DNA of 64,000 nucleotides from a virus (Duplodnaviria; Caudoviricetes): IMG/VR virus record IMGVR_UViG_3300042196_000418; one strand, 5' to 3'. Shown piece by piece: positions 31,303 to 40,203 of this stretch (position 1 is its first letter; each line of letters starts with the position of its first letter). The notes under the pieces were generated by a model. It saw only the letters and a program-made list of their open reading frames with translations, ran no database searches and was not told where the DNA came from. The position numbers and the translations under genes were made by a program.

Positions 31303-31643
31303 AGCTGATCTGGTTCCAACGTCCCGACGGCTTGTGGAACGCTGACTGTACGTGCGGCGCGTCGTGCTGCGGCATCGTCCTTGGCGAGCGGGCCGAGTGC
31401 GAAGCGTGGCACTTCCAGAAGACCGACGAAGATCGCAAGAACGGCAACAAGTACTACGCAGGCGGATTCGACGGCGTCGAGGTTCACTACGCCATGCACG
31501 AGCTGCGCTTCTCGACATACTGCCTGGGCTCCGCCATCCCTGACGTCGCGCGGCTCGCGATGATCGCATGGCAGCGTTGGGGCGGAGAGGTCTCCGCGGA
31601 TCCAGAAGTCAGGCGTGTCGTGTACAAGGATACCCACCCATGA
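31299..31643 (+). CDS. small protein, paralogue of 28305..28559
   Basis: MKLIWFQRPDGLWNADCTC. Confidence 0.6.
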   Translation: MKLIWFQRPDGLWNADCTCGASCCGIVLGERAECEAWHFQKTDEDRKNGNKYYAGGFDGVEVHYAMHELRFSTYCLGSAIPDVARLAMIAWQRWGGEVSADPEVRRVVYKDTHP

Positions 31644-32209
31644 GCGACATCATCATCCAGAGCGAAGCACAGCTGCGCGCAGTGCTCGATCAGATCACGT
31701 TCGCGCCGTCATGCGTGAGCATGGATTGGCAGTGGCAGATCGAAGAGCTGCGGTTGCAGTCCGGCGAACTGCGCGGCTGGCTCGTCAACACCACGTTCCG
31801 CCGCCCCGACACGCACACCGGTGAGATCGGCATCGGCGCCGGACGCCAGGAGCTGATCGCCTACGCCGCGAGCGAGTCGGCCGTGGTGAAGACGTGCTGG
31901 CTACTCGCCGAGCTGATCGTGCGCCACGAGCTGATGGAGGCATTTCTCTATCGCGGCGTGCGCATCTTCAACCCGCACCACTCGGTCGACGAGCTGTCGA
32001 TGCCCGAGAAGACGACGGTGATCCCCGAGCCGGGCAACGGCCTGCGGGCCTACCTCAAGGTCGCCGAGATGGCAGACGCCGCGATGAACCTCTACCGGTC
32101 TGGCGTGATGGGCGACCTCGCCGATCTGCCCGACGGCATCCGCGTGCTGATCGGCGCACTCGACGAGCTGCGCGCCAAGAAGCCGGCTCATGGGGAGCGT
32201 CGCCCGTGA
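31640..32209 (+). CDS. phage hypothetical protein
   Basis: HELMEAFLYRGVRIFNPH motif. Confidence 0.65.
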   Translation: MSDIIIQSEAQLRAVLDQITFAPSCVSMDWQWQIEELRLQSGELRGWLVNTTFRRPDTHTGEIGIGAGRQELIAYAASESAVVKTCWLLAELIVRHELMEAFLYRGVRIFNPHHSVDELSMPEKTTVIPEPGNGLRAYLKVAEMADAAMNLYRSGVMGDLADLPDGIRVLIGALDELRAKKPAHGERRP

Positions 32210-32511
32210 ACGAGTACGAGTACATGGCCCACTTGTGCTCGATCTACGCCAGCGATCGCGCGGGTAAGACGCAGACGATCGGCCTGCCGCTGCCCGGCAC
32301 GCCCGAGTGCAACGCACTCTTCCTCGCCACGTGGGAGGCGTTCCGGCACGTGACCACGGAGATGGGCAAGCTCCGCATGGCCGCGCAAGGGCTCCGCGTG
32401 AAAACGTCAGATCTGCTTGAGGCGTTCGTGCACGGCCGCCAGATTCCTGCACACGTCCGCTGGGCAGAGACCGAGGCGTTGATCCGTGCCGGTGAATGGC
32501 CGTGCCCATGA
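32206..32511 (+). CDS. hypothetical protein
   Basis: GTGA overlap. Confidence 0.55.
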   Translation: MNEYEYMAHLCSIYASDRAGKTQTIGLPLPGTPECNALFLATWEAFRHVTTEMGKLRMAAQGLRVKTSDLLEAFVHGRQIPAHVRWAETEALIRAGEWPCP

Positions 32512-33443
32512 AGCGAACGTTGACGGAAGCGGAGTGGAACCAGGTGTTCCAACTGCGCTGTCGCTCAAAGCAAGGGCAGTACCTGCCGCCGGACGCTAGC
32601 GCGCTCGTTGATGCCGCCTTCAAGGAGGACCCAAAGCGCTATGGCGCAGCGGAGGACGACGTCTTCAATGCAACCGTGCCGTTCGGATCACATGCGCGTA
32701 TAAAACGGCGCGCCATGCAGAAGTACCTGTTCCTCGGCGACACGCACAACGATCTCGACTTCGTCGAGAGCGCCAGCAAGCTCGCACGAGAGCACGCGGC
32801 GGAGATCATCCAGCTTGGCGACTGGGGCTTCATCTGGCCGCGCAACCCGCAGCTCACCGAGCTCTCTGACATGCTCGTCGGACTCGGCGTCACGATGCGC
32901 TTCGTCGACGGCAACCACGACGACCATCCAACGTTGAAGAAGCTGCGGAAGCGGGTGCGCACGCGCGCGGTCACGATCGCCACGAACGTGATTTATCAGC
33001 CCCGCGGATCGGTGCACGAGGACGAAGACGGCACGCGCTTTCTGTTCTGCGGCGGGGCGCCATCGATCGATCGCGCCGGCCGCGTCGAAGGCGAATCGTG
33101 GTGGCCCGAGGAAACCATCACGGAGGCCGAGTTCAAGCTCGCGCTCTCGGCGAAGGACCCGATCCACGTCCTCGTCACGCACGATGCACCCACCTATCCG
33201 CCCGGCTACTCGGCCAAGGGCACGCCTGACTACAAGCGCGCTCAACTGCTCTCGATGAAGCGCATCGCCGCACTCATCAAGAAGCACCGCCCGCTGCGCC
33301 ACTTTCATGGTCACTGGCACACGAACTACACGCGCCGCCACGCGAAGGGCACGATCGTCACCGGGCTCGACTGCAACAAGCTCGACTCCACGTACCTCGA
33401 CGAGGCCACGCTGCTGTGGTCGCGCGACCAGGAAACAACGTGA
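32508..33443 (+). CDS. calcineurin-like metallophosphoesterase with N-terminal extension
   Basis: GDTH, LGDWG, GNHD, VTHDAP, HGHWH; domain begins at MQKYL (32715). Confidence 0.9.
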   Translation: MKRTLTEAEWNQVFQLRCRSKQGQYLPPDASALVDAAFKEDPKRYGAAEDDVFNATVPFGSHARIKRRAMQKYLFLGDTHNDLDFVESASKLAREHAAEIIQLGDWGFIWPRNPQLTELSDMLVGLGVTMRFVDGNHDDHPTLKKLRKRVRTRAVTIATNVIYQPRGSVHEDEDGTRFLFCGGAPSIDRAGRVEGESWWPEETITEAEFKLALSAKDPIHVLVTHDAPTYPPGYSAKGTPDYKRAQLLSMKRIAALIKKHRPLRHFHGHWHTNYTRRHAKGTIVTGLDCNKLDSTYLDEATLLWSRDQETT

Positions 33444-33646
33444 AGTCGGCCAACAAGCGCATGAGCGCCGCCGACAAACACTGGACGCGAGGCTACGCAA
33501 CCGCGCTCGCGACCTGCTATCGCAACCACCACGAGAAGGACACCGTGCGCCACGCCATGATCGGTGACGGCATCACGATCGAAGAGTTGGAGCGGGCCGG
33601 CGTGGAATCGTACGACCTCGACGTGATCAAGGAGGCATTGCAATGA
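33440..33646 (+). CDS. hypothetical protein
   Basis: GTGA overlap. Confidence 0.55.
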   Translation: MKSANKRMSAADKHWTRGYATALATCYRNHHEKDTVRHAMIGDGITIEELERAGVESYDLDVIKEALQ

Positions 33647-34185
33647 GTGACCAGCCGCTTAACAAGAACACGTGGCCGTGCCTCGGCAAGCCCGAGGACC
33701 TCAAGGGTCAGCCGATCGGCATGTACCACTGCGAGTTCTGCGGTGAGATGCAACTCGCAGGAGCGCTGCATCTACCGCCGCAGTTCCCGTCGCAGTGGGA
33801 AGAGCCGTTCCCATTTCAATCCACACGATCGCGGAATAAAGATCGTGACGCTCATGAGGATGCACTACAACTCGGCGAACGTCGACTACCAGAAACCATC
33901 TCGCTGATCGGGGCGACACATACGCCACACGCACTCGTGCCTCCATCAAGCTTTCCGGTGCTGAAAGCAACGTGTCCGTCCTGCCACGAGTACAGCGTTA
34001 CGTTCACCCGCGAAGAGGAGCGCTTTCCCTACGGGATCGCTCCACACACGGTGGAGCTCACCGCCATCGTGGACAAAGGTCGTTGCTTGGCGTGCACGTT
34101 CGAGTTTACCGACGTGCGCGCGGAGAACGAGAGAGACCGCGCGGTGCAGGCGCATCCACAAGCCATCCGCAAGGAGCAGCCGTGA
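33643..34185 (+). CDS. composite ORF: Cys-rich N-part, atypical insert, MqsA/YgiT-like Zn ribbon
   Basis: CEFC; CPSC...CLAC..FTD; possible second start GTG 33958. Confidence 0.45.
   Translation: MSDQPLNKNTWPCLGKPEDLKGQPIGMYHCEFCGEMQLAGALHLPPQFPSQWEEPFPFQSTRSRNKDRDAHEDALQLGERRLPETISLIGATHTPHALVPPSSFPVLKATCPSCHEYSVTFTREEERFPYGIAPHTVELTAIVDKGRCLACTFEFTDVRAENERDRAVQAHPQAIRKEQP
33813..33849 (-). CRISPR. solitary CRISPR-repeat-like unit (no array)
   Basis: minus strand GTCACGATCTTTATTCCGCGATCGTGTGGATTGAAAT: 37 nt, 7-bp stem CACGATC/GATCGTG, 3' GTGGATTGAAAT typical of type I-C repeats. Confidence 0.55.
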
Positions 34186-34225
34186 TGCCCACGGTCGGTA
34201 AGGGCGTACTCCGCAGGAGTAACGC

Positions 34226-35032
34226 GTGACGAAGGATGACCTCGGGGATCGTTGCAAGAGTTACGAACTTGCAGAAGCAGGGCGTCGGGCGATGCGTGGA
34301 CTTCCCCTGATCGCACGGTTGGACGGGCGTGCGTTTCATACGTTCACGCGAGATCTGAGCAGGCCCTACGAACACGGCATGTCGATCGCGATGATTGAAA
34401 CCGCGCGCTACCTCGTACAAGAAATGACTCCACGCATCTGCTACACGCAGAGCGACGAAATCACGCTCGCGTGGTTCGAGTCGTCACAGTCCGCCTCAGA
34501 TTACGCGTTCGATGGACGCTTCCAAAAGCTTGCCTCCGTACTTGCTGGAATGACCTCCGCGAAATTCGGCAAACTTGTCATCGAGCACCTGCCCTCGAAG
34601 TCGATCGAGGTGCCTCACTTCGACTGCCGCGTATGGCAGGTACCAACGCTTCATGACGCAGCGGAGATCTTCCTCTGGCGCGAAGATGACGCGGTCAAGA
34701 ACAGCATCACAATGGCTGCCAGTGCCTACTACTCGCATCGAGAACTCGATGGAAAAAGCGGCTCTGTCAAGCAGGAGCTGCTCTGGCAGAAGGGGATCAA
34801 CTGGCACGATTTCCCGGCCTTCTTCAAGCGCGGGACGTATCTTCAGCGACGCGTATTCGATCGCGAATTGACCGCCGAAGAGCGAGAGCGCATACCAGAA
34901 GCGCATCGCCCGCCAATCGGTGCGACGTTCCAACGAACGCAGGTCGTAGAGCTGGACCTTCCGCCTGCGCGCAAGATCACGAATCTGATCGACGTCCTAT
35001 TTGAACGTGCTGATCCTGTGAGCGCGGCATGA
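34226..35032 (+). CDS. thg1: tRNA(His) guanylyltransferase Thg1-like protein (3'-5' polymerase)
   Basis: LGDRCKSYE, ARLDGRAFHTFT, YTQSDEITL, RFQKLAS, FDCRV, WREDDAVKNSI. Confidence 0.92.
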   Translation: MTKDDLGDRCKSYELAEAGRRAMRGLPLIARLDGRAFHTFTRDLSRPYEHGMSIAMIETARYLVQEMTPRICYTQSDEITLAWFESSQSASDYAFDGRFQKLASVLAGMTSAKFGKLVIEHLPSKSIEVPHFDCRVWQVPTLHDAAEIFLWREDDAVKNSITMAASAYYSHRELDGKSGSVKQELLWQKGINWHDFPAFFKRGTYLQRRVFDRELTAEERERIPEAHRPPIGATFQRTQVVELDLPPARKITNLIDVLFERADPVSAA

Positions 35033-35862
35033 AGTGGCGCATCGTCTCGAACAAGGGTGCACCTGCACGCTGGAGCAAGCCGTGTGCGCTTGTTCAGATG
35101 TACGTCCAAGATCATCCAGACGAGCGTACTCATTCCATGCGCTGGCCGGACATCGAGCGCGCGTACAGCGAAGTTCAAGGCCGTGACAGTGGCACGTCAG
35201 GCACTGTGCCAAGCGCTGACGCACATCGCTGGCTACCGAATTGCGATCGTACGGCAACATCCATGAGAGCTGACATCAACCTCTACATCAACTTCGCGCT
35301 GCACGCAGTCCTGGGGAAGCTCGGCGAAGCCGACACGATCATGCGTTTTAAGGGAGATGCCGTTCGCCGCGTCGCCGACGAGATCGCTGCAAAATGTCCG
35401 ATCGAGCCGGCACCGATCTACCGCGGCATGCTCCTCGATCCAGCGGTACCCTTCCGCGCCGAGTCCAGCCTCTCGTTTCTATCGTGGAGCGAGGATCTCG
35501 ACGTCGCGCGATGGTTCGCGTGCCCGCGCTCCATCATTAACGAACCCCTCGTGCAGCGGAATCCAACGTTCTGCGGCTACCTCGCGGAGCTGCCGGCGCC
35601 ACGGTCCCGCGTACTGTTCCACCACTCCTGGGCAAGCGCCCTCGGCGGCCTTGCCTGCTTCGCGCTCGCACACCCGCTCATGGGCAGAGAAGGGAAACGG
35701 CAGATCGAGTGGTCACTGCGAAGCCAGCGTGAAGTTATCACCGATCCGATCGTGGACCTCCACCCCGAGATCGCCAACGACCTCGACACTGCTGCACTGG
35801 AGATCCTGGAACGGCGCCTGTCGCCGCCGTGGATCGTCGCGGAGGAGAGCATTCGGCGATGA
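35029..35862 (+). CDS. putative ADP-ribosyltransferase-fold protein (domain start 35263)
   Basis: IYRG...FLSWSEDLDVARWFA...QREV (R-S-E pattern). Confidence 0.5.
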   Translation: MKWRIVSNKGAPARWSKPCALVQMYVQDHPDERTHSMRWPDIERAYSEVQGRDSGTSGTVPSADAHRWLPNCDRTATSMRADINLYINFALHAVLGKLGEADTIMRFKGDAVRRVADEIAAKCPIEPAPIYRGMLLDPAVPFRAESSLSFLSWSEDLDVARWFACPRSIINEPLVQRNPTFCGYLAELPAPRSRVLFHHSWASALGGLACFALAHPLMGREGKRQIEWSLRSQREVITDPIVDLHPEIANDLDTAALEILERRLSPPWIVAEESIRR

Positions 35863-36389
35863 CGAAGAAGCCACCCGTACGCGCTAATCAAAGGAAGTCG
35901 GGTAAGCAGGACAGCAAAGCCCCGCGCCGCGAGAGCCGAGCGCTTGCACGGGTGCCGCGGGCCCGCGAGGAGGTCCGTCACGCCGATCGTCCAACGAGCG
36001 AAGGGCGGGTCAAGTCGCATATCGATCCGCTTCTCAACGACCTGCCTGCTGTCACCCTCAAGGACGAGCACGAGGTCCTCTTTCACTTCGGGCGCATCGA
36101 TCCACGTCTCGCAGAGGCGTGGAAGCGCGACGTGGTGGTCCACGAAGGGCCGATCACGCTCCGTCGTGTCATGTATCCCGCGAGCTTCGGCGGTGCGACA
36201 CACTACGCGTACGTCGATCGACGCCTGCTCTGGTATCTCAGCCACGATCCATCCGATCCGGACGGCGCGCGTTGGGACGGCTACCTGGCCAGCGCCCGTG
36301 ATGCGCCACCGGGCACGACCGTGGTCGTTGTCGGCCGTGACATCGTGGTCAAGAAGCGTCCGCCGCAGCTCGGGAAGGGTGGGGAATGA
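35859..36389 (+). CDS. hypothetical protein
   Basis: ATGA overlap, basic N-terminus. Confidence 0.55.
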   Translation: MTKKPPVRANQRKSGKQDSKAPRRESRALARVPRAREEVRHADRPTSEGRVKSHIDPLLNDLPAVTLKDEHEVLFHFGRIDPRLAEAWKRDVVVHEGPITLRRVMYPASFGGATHYAYVDRRLLWYLSHDPSDPDGARWDGYLASARDAPPGTTVVVVGRDIVVKKRPPQLGKGGE

Positions 36390-36595
36390 ACCATCGCAGA
36401 AGAGAGAATCTGATCGTGAAGCTCACCGAGAAGCAGCTCCAATGCCTAACGTATGTTGCGGACGGCGACCGACCGCCATTCAAGATCACGACCGTAGAGT
36501 CGTTGGCACGAAAAGGGCTCGTCGAGCACACGTCCCTCGGTTGGCGCGTGACGCCAGATGGCGCCGAGCTGCTGGCAAAGGCGCGTACGACATGA
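36386..36595 (+). CDS. small winged-helix-like protein
   Basis: LTEKQLQCL...SLARKGLV...WRVTPDG. Confidence 0.6.
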   Translation: MNHRRRENLIVKLTEKQLQCLTYVADGDRPPFKITTVESLARKGLVEHTSLGWRVTPDGAELLAKARTT

Positions 36596-37110
36596 CGTTG
36601 CGTCTCACCGAGATCTGCGACCTCGCGCACCGCTTCGTTCCCGGCGTAGCTGCCGACGAGCGTCTCTACCGGTATGGGGCTAAATCGTGGTGGCCAGCTC
36701 ACGAGATCGGGCACTTTCTCGTCGCCACGAAGACCGAGTGCCAGCAGTACATGTTCGGCCTCGACGGCGAGTTTCTGCACCAGGCGAGGATCCAGGGAGA
36801 CGAATCTCAGCCGTCTCGCCGCTACCTCTACGCGATCGCGAAGGAGATCGCAGCGATCTCGATCTCGCAGCGCATGCTTCGCCGATCAGGGCACGTCGAA
36901 CTCGCCGACGAGGAAATCCAGTACACGGACGAGGACACGCTCGAGTGTGCGTTCGAGCGCTGGTGCAAGAGAGCAGTCGACAAGATGCTCCGCACGCATC
37001 GCCTCATACGGCTGCCGGCCACGTTCGCGAGCATGGAAGCCCTGCTCGCACGCAAGGCCCGCGAGGTCGGCACGACACCGCAACACACCGCTGAAAGTGG
37101 TCAACGGTGA
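36592..37110 (+). CDS. HExxH metallopeptidase-like (ImmA/IrrE-like) protein
   Basis: AHEIGHFL...KEIAA. Confidence 0.5.
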   Translation: MTLRLTEICDLAHRFVPGVAADERLYRYGAKSWWPAHEIGHFLVATKTECQQYMFGLDGEFLHQARIQGDESQPSRRYLYAIAKEIAAISISQRMLRRSGHVELADEEIQYTDEDTLECAFERWCKRAVDKMLRTHRLIRLPATFASMEALLARKAREVGTTPQHTAESGQR

Positions 37111-37331
37111 GCAAAGGCGACAAGGACGCTCGTGTACTGCAAGACGCCACCGGGGCGAGATACATGACGTGCCTAGCGCGTGTGCGCGCCCTTCGAGGGC
37201 TCCGTTTCGAGAAGGCCCTCGACACGTTCATGAACAGCGTCGACCTGTTGCCCGACCTCATCGAGGGCCAGACGCGCTGCGTAACCTGCCTGCAAGATCT
37301 CACGCCAGCCAAGAGCTGCACGTGCCTGTGA
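37107..37331 (+). CDS. hypothetical protein
   Basis: GTGA overlap; CVTC...CTC. Confidence 0.5.
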   Translation: MSKGDKDARVLQDATGARYMTCLARVRALRGLRFEKALDTFMNSVDLLPDLIEGQTRCVTCLQDLTPAKSCTCL

Positions 37332-37336
37332 GTAGC

Positions 37337-38227
37337 TCAGCGAACCCCGCCGCCGCTGTTTCGCGCTCCGCTGCGCTTGTCGACCAGCGTGCGAAGCTCA
37401 TCGCCGCGCGATCCGCGTCGGTAGTAGTTGATTCGTTCCTCGTCAGGCGCGACAGCGGCTTCGAGCGCGGCCATGCGCTCGAACGCCATCGGCTGAAACG
37501 CCGAAGCGATCGCCGCGTTGCGCTCAAGCTGCCCGATGTTCTCGATGCCCACGATTGCGAGATCGACGGGCAGCGACCACACGTATCCGAGCGCGTCCTC
37601 GGCCGACCCGATCCTGCGGAATACCTCTCCCCGCGCGAACACCTTCATGGCCACGATCCCAATGCCGGACTGGACCGCGTAGGGCAAGAGGCGATCCTGG
37701 AACGACAACCGGTGAACATCTGCCGGGTTCATCGCGAGAAGAATCGAGTCGAAGTGGTAGCTCGCGAGCGCCCGAAGCAGAACCTCGGGATCGGAATGCC
37801 CGCTGATCCCGACGTAGCGCACGAGGCCCTGGGCCTGAGCCTCCGCGGCCATCGTGACCGCTCCACCGGGTCCGAGCACTGCGTCGACCTCGGCTTGATC
37901 GTCGAGATGGTGGATCTGGAGCAAGTCGACGTGATCGGTGCGAAGTCGCCGCAACGAGGTCTCGAACTGCCGCCAGGCATCGTCGCGCGATCGCTGATCG
38001 GTCTTGGTCGCCAAGAACATCCGATCTCGCGCATACGGCGTAACCTCGCCGTAGTTCAGCTCGGAGTCCTTGTAGAGCGGAGCGGTATCGAAGTAGTTCA
38101 CCCCGAGCTCCAGCGCGCGCACGATGATCGCTACCGCCGCATTGGAGTGCTGGTAGAGCGCCGACTCGCCGCCAAGGCCCAGGATCGAGCATTGGATGCC
38201 GGTCGAACCGAAGGTTCTGTATTGCAC
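37337..38227 (-). CDS. aldo/keto reductase
   Basis: YRTFGSTG..LGLG, NYFDTAPLY, ATK, SLRRLRTDHVDLLQIH, GISGH, AMKVF. Confidence 0.92.
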   Translation of the reverse strand: MQYRTFGSTGIQCSILGLGGESALYQHSNAAVAIIVRALELGVNYFDTAPLYKDSELNYGEVTPYARDRMFLATKTDQRSRDDAWRQFETSLRRLRTDHVDLLQIHHLDDQAEVDAVLGPGGAVTMAAEAQAQGLVRYVGISGHSDPEVLLRALASYHFDSILLAMNPADVHRLSFQDRLLPYAVQSGIGIVAMKVFARGEVFRRIGSAEDALGYVWSLPVDLAIVGIENIGQLERNAAIASAFQPMAFERMAALEAAVAPDEERINYYRRGSRGDELRTLVDKRSGARNSGGGVR

Positions 38228-38280
38228 GGCCCCATGATCGCACGGAAGGAATACATGCCCAACAAACGTGAGGTTCACTG

Positions 38281-38616
38281 ATGGACGGATACCTCGGAGA
38301 GTTTCCCGTCAAGCTCAAGGACACGCCGTTCGCGCAGTTTACGAGCACCGACTGGGCGCTCTACTTCATCGAGCGCTACGGCGGGATCGACGGTGCGCAT
38401 CACAAGCAATGGCTGATCGATCAGACTGCGCGCGGCCTAAACGGTGCGCCCATCGAAATCGTCGAAGCGCGCTGGATGGGCGGTAACGGGCTGCCCGACG
38501 CCGAGTACCGCATCCGTGTCGGCACCAGCGACAAATACACCACGTGGGTCACAAAGATGAAGGCCGGTGAAGACGGTCCCGAGACCTATACGTGGGACGA
38601 AGGAATTGCACCGTGA
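38281..38616 (+). CDS. phage hypothetical protein
   Basis: YGGIDGAHHKQWLIDQ...WDEGIAP. Confidence 0.7.
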   Translation: MDGYLGEFPVKLKDTPFAQFTSTDWALYFIERYGGIDGAHHKQWLIDQTARGLNGAPIEIVEARWMGGNGLPDAEYRIRVGTSDKYTTWVTKMKAGEDGPETYTWDEGIAP

Positions 38617-38825
38617 CGCGTACCGAGGAACAAGAGCGTGCACGTCAACAGCTGATCGACGCCGTCAAAGCGTGGCGTGAGGCACGTTGCCTGTATGCAC
38701 AATCGCCGGGACGCGAAGGCGAGCTGTGCGACGGCGACAACCACCTGCTGGAGTGTCCCGTCGAGACCACCCGCCAAGGCATCCTCGCTGCGCACAACAA
38801 GGTGGAGCTACTCCGTGCCGGATAG
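38613..38825 (+). CDS. hypothetical protein
   Basis: GTGA overlap; CDGDNHLLECPVE...KVELLRAG. Confidence 0.55.
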   Translation: MTRTEEQERARQQLIDAVKAWREARCLYAQSPGREGELCDGDNHLLECPVETTRQGILAAHNKVELLRAG

Positions 38826-38951
38826 AAAGACAACGACGAGCTGATCGCCCGAGGGCGCCGCATCCGCCGCGCGAAGAGCACTCATGCGCGATGAAATCGC
38901 CTAGTGGCGTCGGAGGTCGAGCGTTTACGACGTTCACGTGATCATGGATTA

Positions 38952-38983
38952 GGGTCAGGAGTTACCTGGGTATATTCGTACCC
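38952..38983. promoter_or_regulatory. two adjacent GGGT-N8-ACC(C/T) boxes upstream of the cytochrome gene
   Basis: GGGTCAGGAGTTACCT 38952 and GGGTATATTCGTACCC 38968; no sigma54 core follows. Confidence 0.45.
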
Positions 38984-39070
38984 ATCCTGTCGTACTTCCA
39001 GCCAAAAACCGCTTGCACGCTTGCGACAAGATCCTTAAAAAGAAATGAACCGTCCACCCGACAGGAATTC

Positions 39071-40009
39071 ATGAAACGCGCTCTCCTTCTCACTTTTGCT
39101 CTCACTGTTTTGTCGGCATGTGCCGACGAAGTCCCCCCAGGAATCGTGCTTGGCCGTGCCTTGGTCACCGCATGTCCGGTCGCAGCTGCGAACGATGCTG
39201 CTGCACGCGAGGCGTGTGCCGATGCACTGACCGACATGACCGAGCTACGCGACGCACTGACCGATCCGGTGCTGTGGGGAGGACAGCCCGATGGCTTCCA
39301 CGCCGCCGATCTTCTCACCGACGCGAGCCTCACCCAATTCGATCCGCGCGTCTGGCGACGGATGTACTTGTCGACGTTCATGTTCGAAGCTGCTCCGTCC
39401 GAGATGGAGCAGGATGGCAAGTACCAGGTGCTCCGCATGCGCGTGCAGTTCCGCAACAAGCTCGATGCGGGCGACTATCCGTATCCGTTCTGGCACAGCG
39501 GCAAAAAGTGGACGGCCTATGAACAGGCAACCGAGGTACTGTTCGTCTTCGACAGCGCCGGCCGAATTCCGGTGGCAGTGCGCACAACACCCGATCCAAC
39601 GCACGAGCATGATCCTCGGACGTGGGATGGCGTCTGGACATGGAACGCTGGTCAGGAGCCCCACGTCTCTTTGTATACGTACCTGTTCTCGCCCGGAAAC
39701 CCGCACGTCGCGGCGCTCGACACGGCGTATCGCAGCCTTGAAGAGACGATGCGCGAACAGGATTGCAGCAAGTGTCACAGCCCGTCGAACAGTGCGATGG
39801 CCCTGCATCTGGAATTGCTCAACTATCCGAATCAAGCTCTCACCGCACGGCACAAGATCGCGCATCTGATCCAGATCAACGCGATGCCCCCTGTGACCGG
39901 CATTCCAAGCGACGACACGCGTGCCGATCTGATTCAGCGGGCCATGACCTTCGCCAATGCCGGCGATGCAGCCTTGGCGTATGAAGGCGAACCCGTTCCC
40001 TCGCTATAG
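39071..40009 (+). CDS. lipoprotein with c-type heme motif
   Basis: signal peptide with lipobox LSAC; CSKCH; distal Met in AMPP. Confidence 0.75.
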   Translation: MKRALLLTFALTVLSACADEVPPGIVLGRALVTACPVAAANDAAAREACADALTDMTELRDALTDPVLWGGQPDGFHAADLLTDASLTQFDPRVWRRMYLSTFMFEAAPSEMEQDGKYQVLRMRVQFRNKLDAGDYPYPFWHSGKKWTAYEQATEVLFVFDSAGRIPVAVRTTPDPTHEHDPRTWDGVWTWNAGQEPHVSLYTYLFSPGNPHVAALDTAYRSLEETMREQDCSKCHSPSNSAMALHLELLNYPNQALTARHKIAHLIQINAMPPVTGIPSDDTRADLIQRAMTFANAGDAALAYEGEPVPSL

Positions 40010-40069
40010 GTGAAGGTGCTCGTGGCGCTGTCTGCCTGAAGCCTGCACCCAAAGGATCCTCGTGGCAGC

Positions 40070-40162
40070 CGAATGCTGACTACTGCGTCGGCGACAACCA
40101 CCTGAAGGCGTGTCCGGTCGAACGTGCCACACACCAAGGTCGAGCAGCTCCGTGCTGGCTGA
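40070..40162 (+). pseudogene. degenerate paralogue of 38613..38825
   Basis: CVGDNHLKACPVE, then frameshifted KVEQLRAG*. Confidence 0.55.
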
Positions 40163-40203
40163 CCAAGCGCAACAACCTCCAAGAAACCATCAAGGTCCCG
40201 CAA

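Noticed and set aside
33813-33920. A true CRISPR array
   Set aside because: Only one repeat is present; the segment ending GGGGCGAC at 33917 does not align with it, and no cas genes are visible.
36674-38281. 535-aa + strand ORF
   Set aside because: It is the antisense shadow of the aldo/keto reductase and has no motifs; such shadows are common at high GC.
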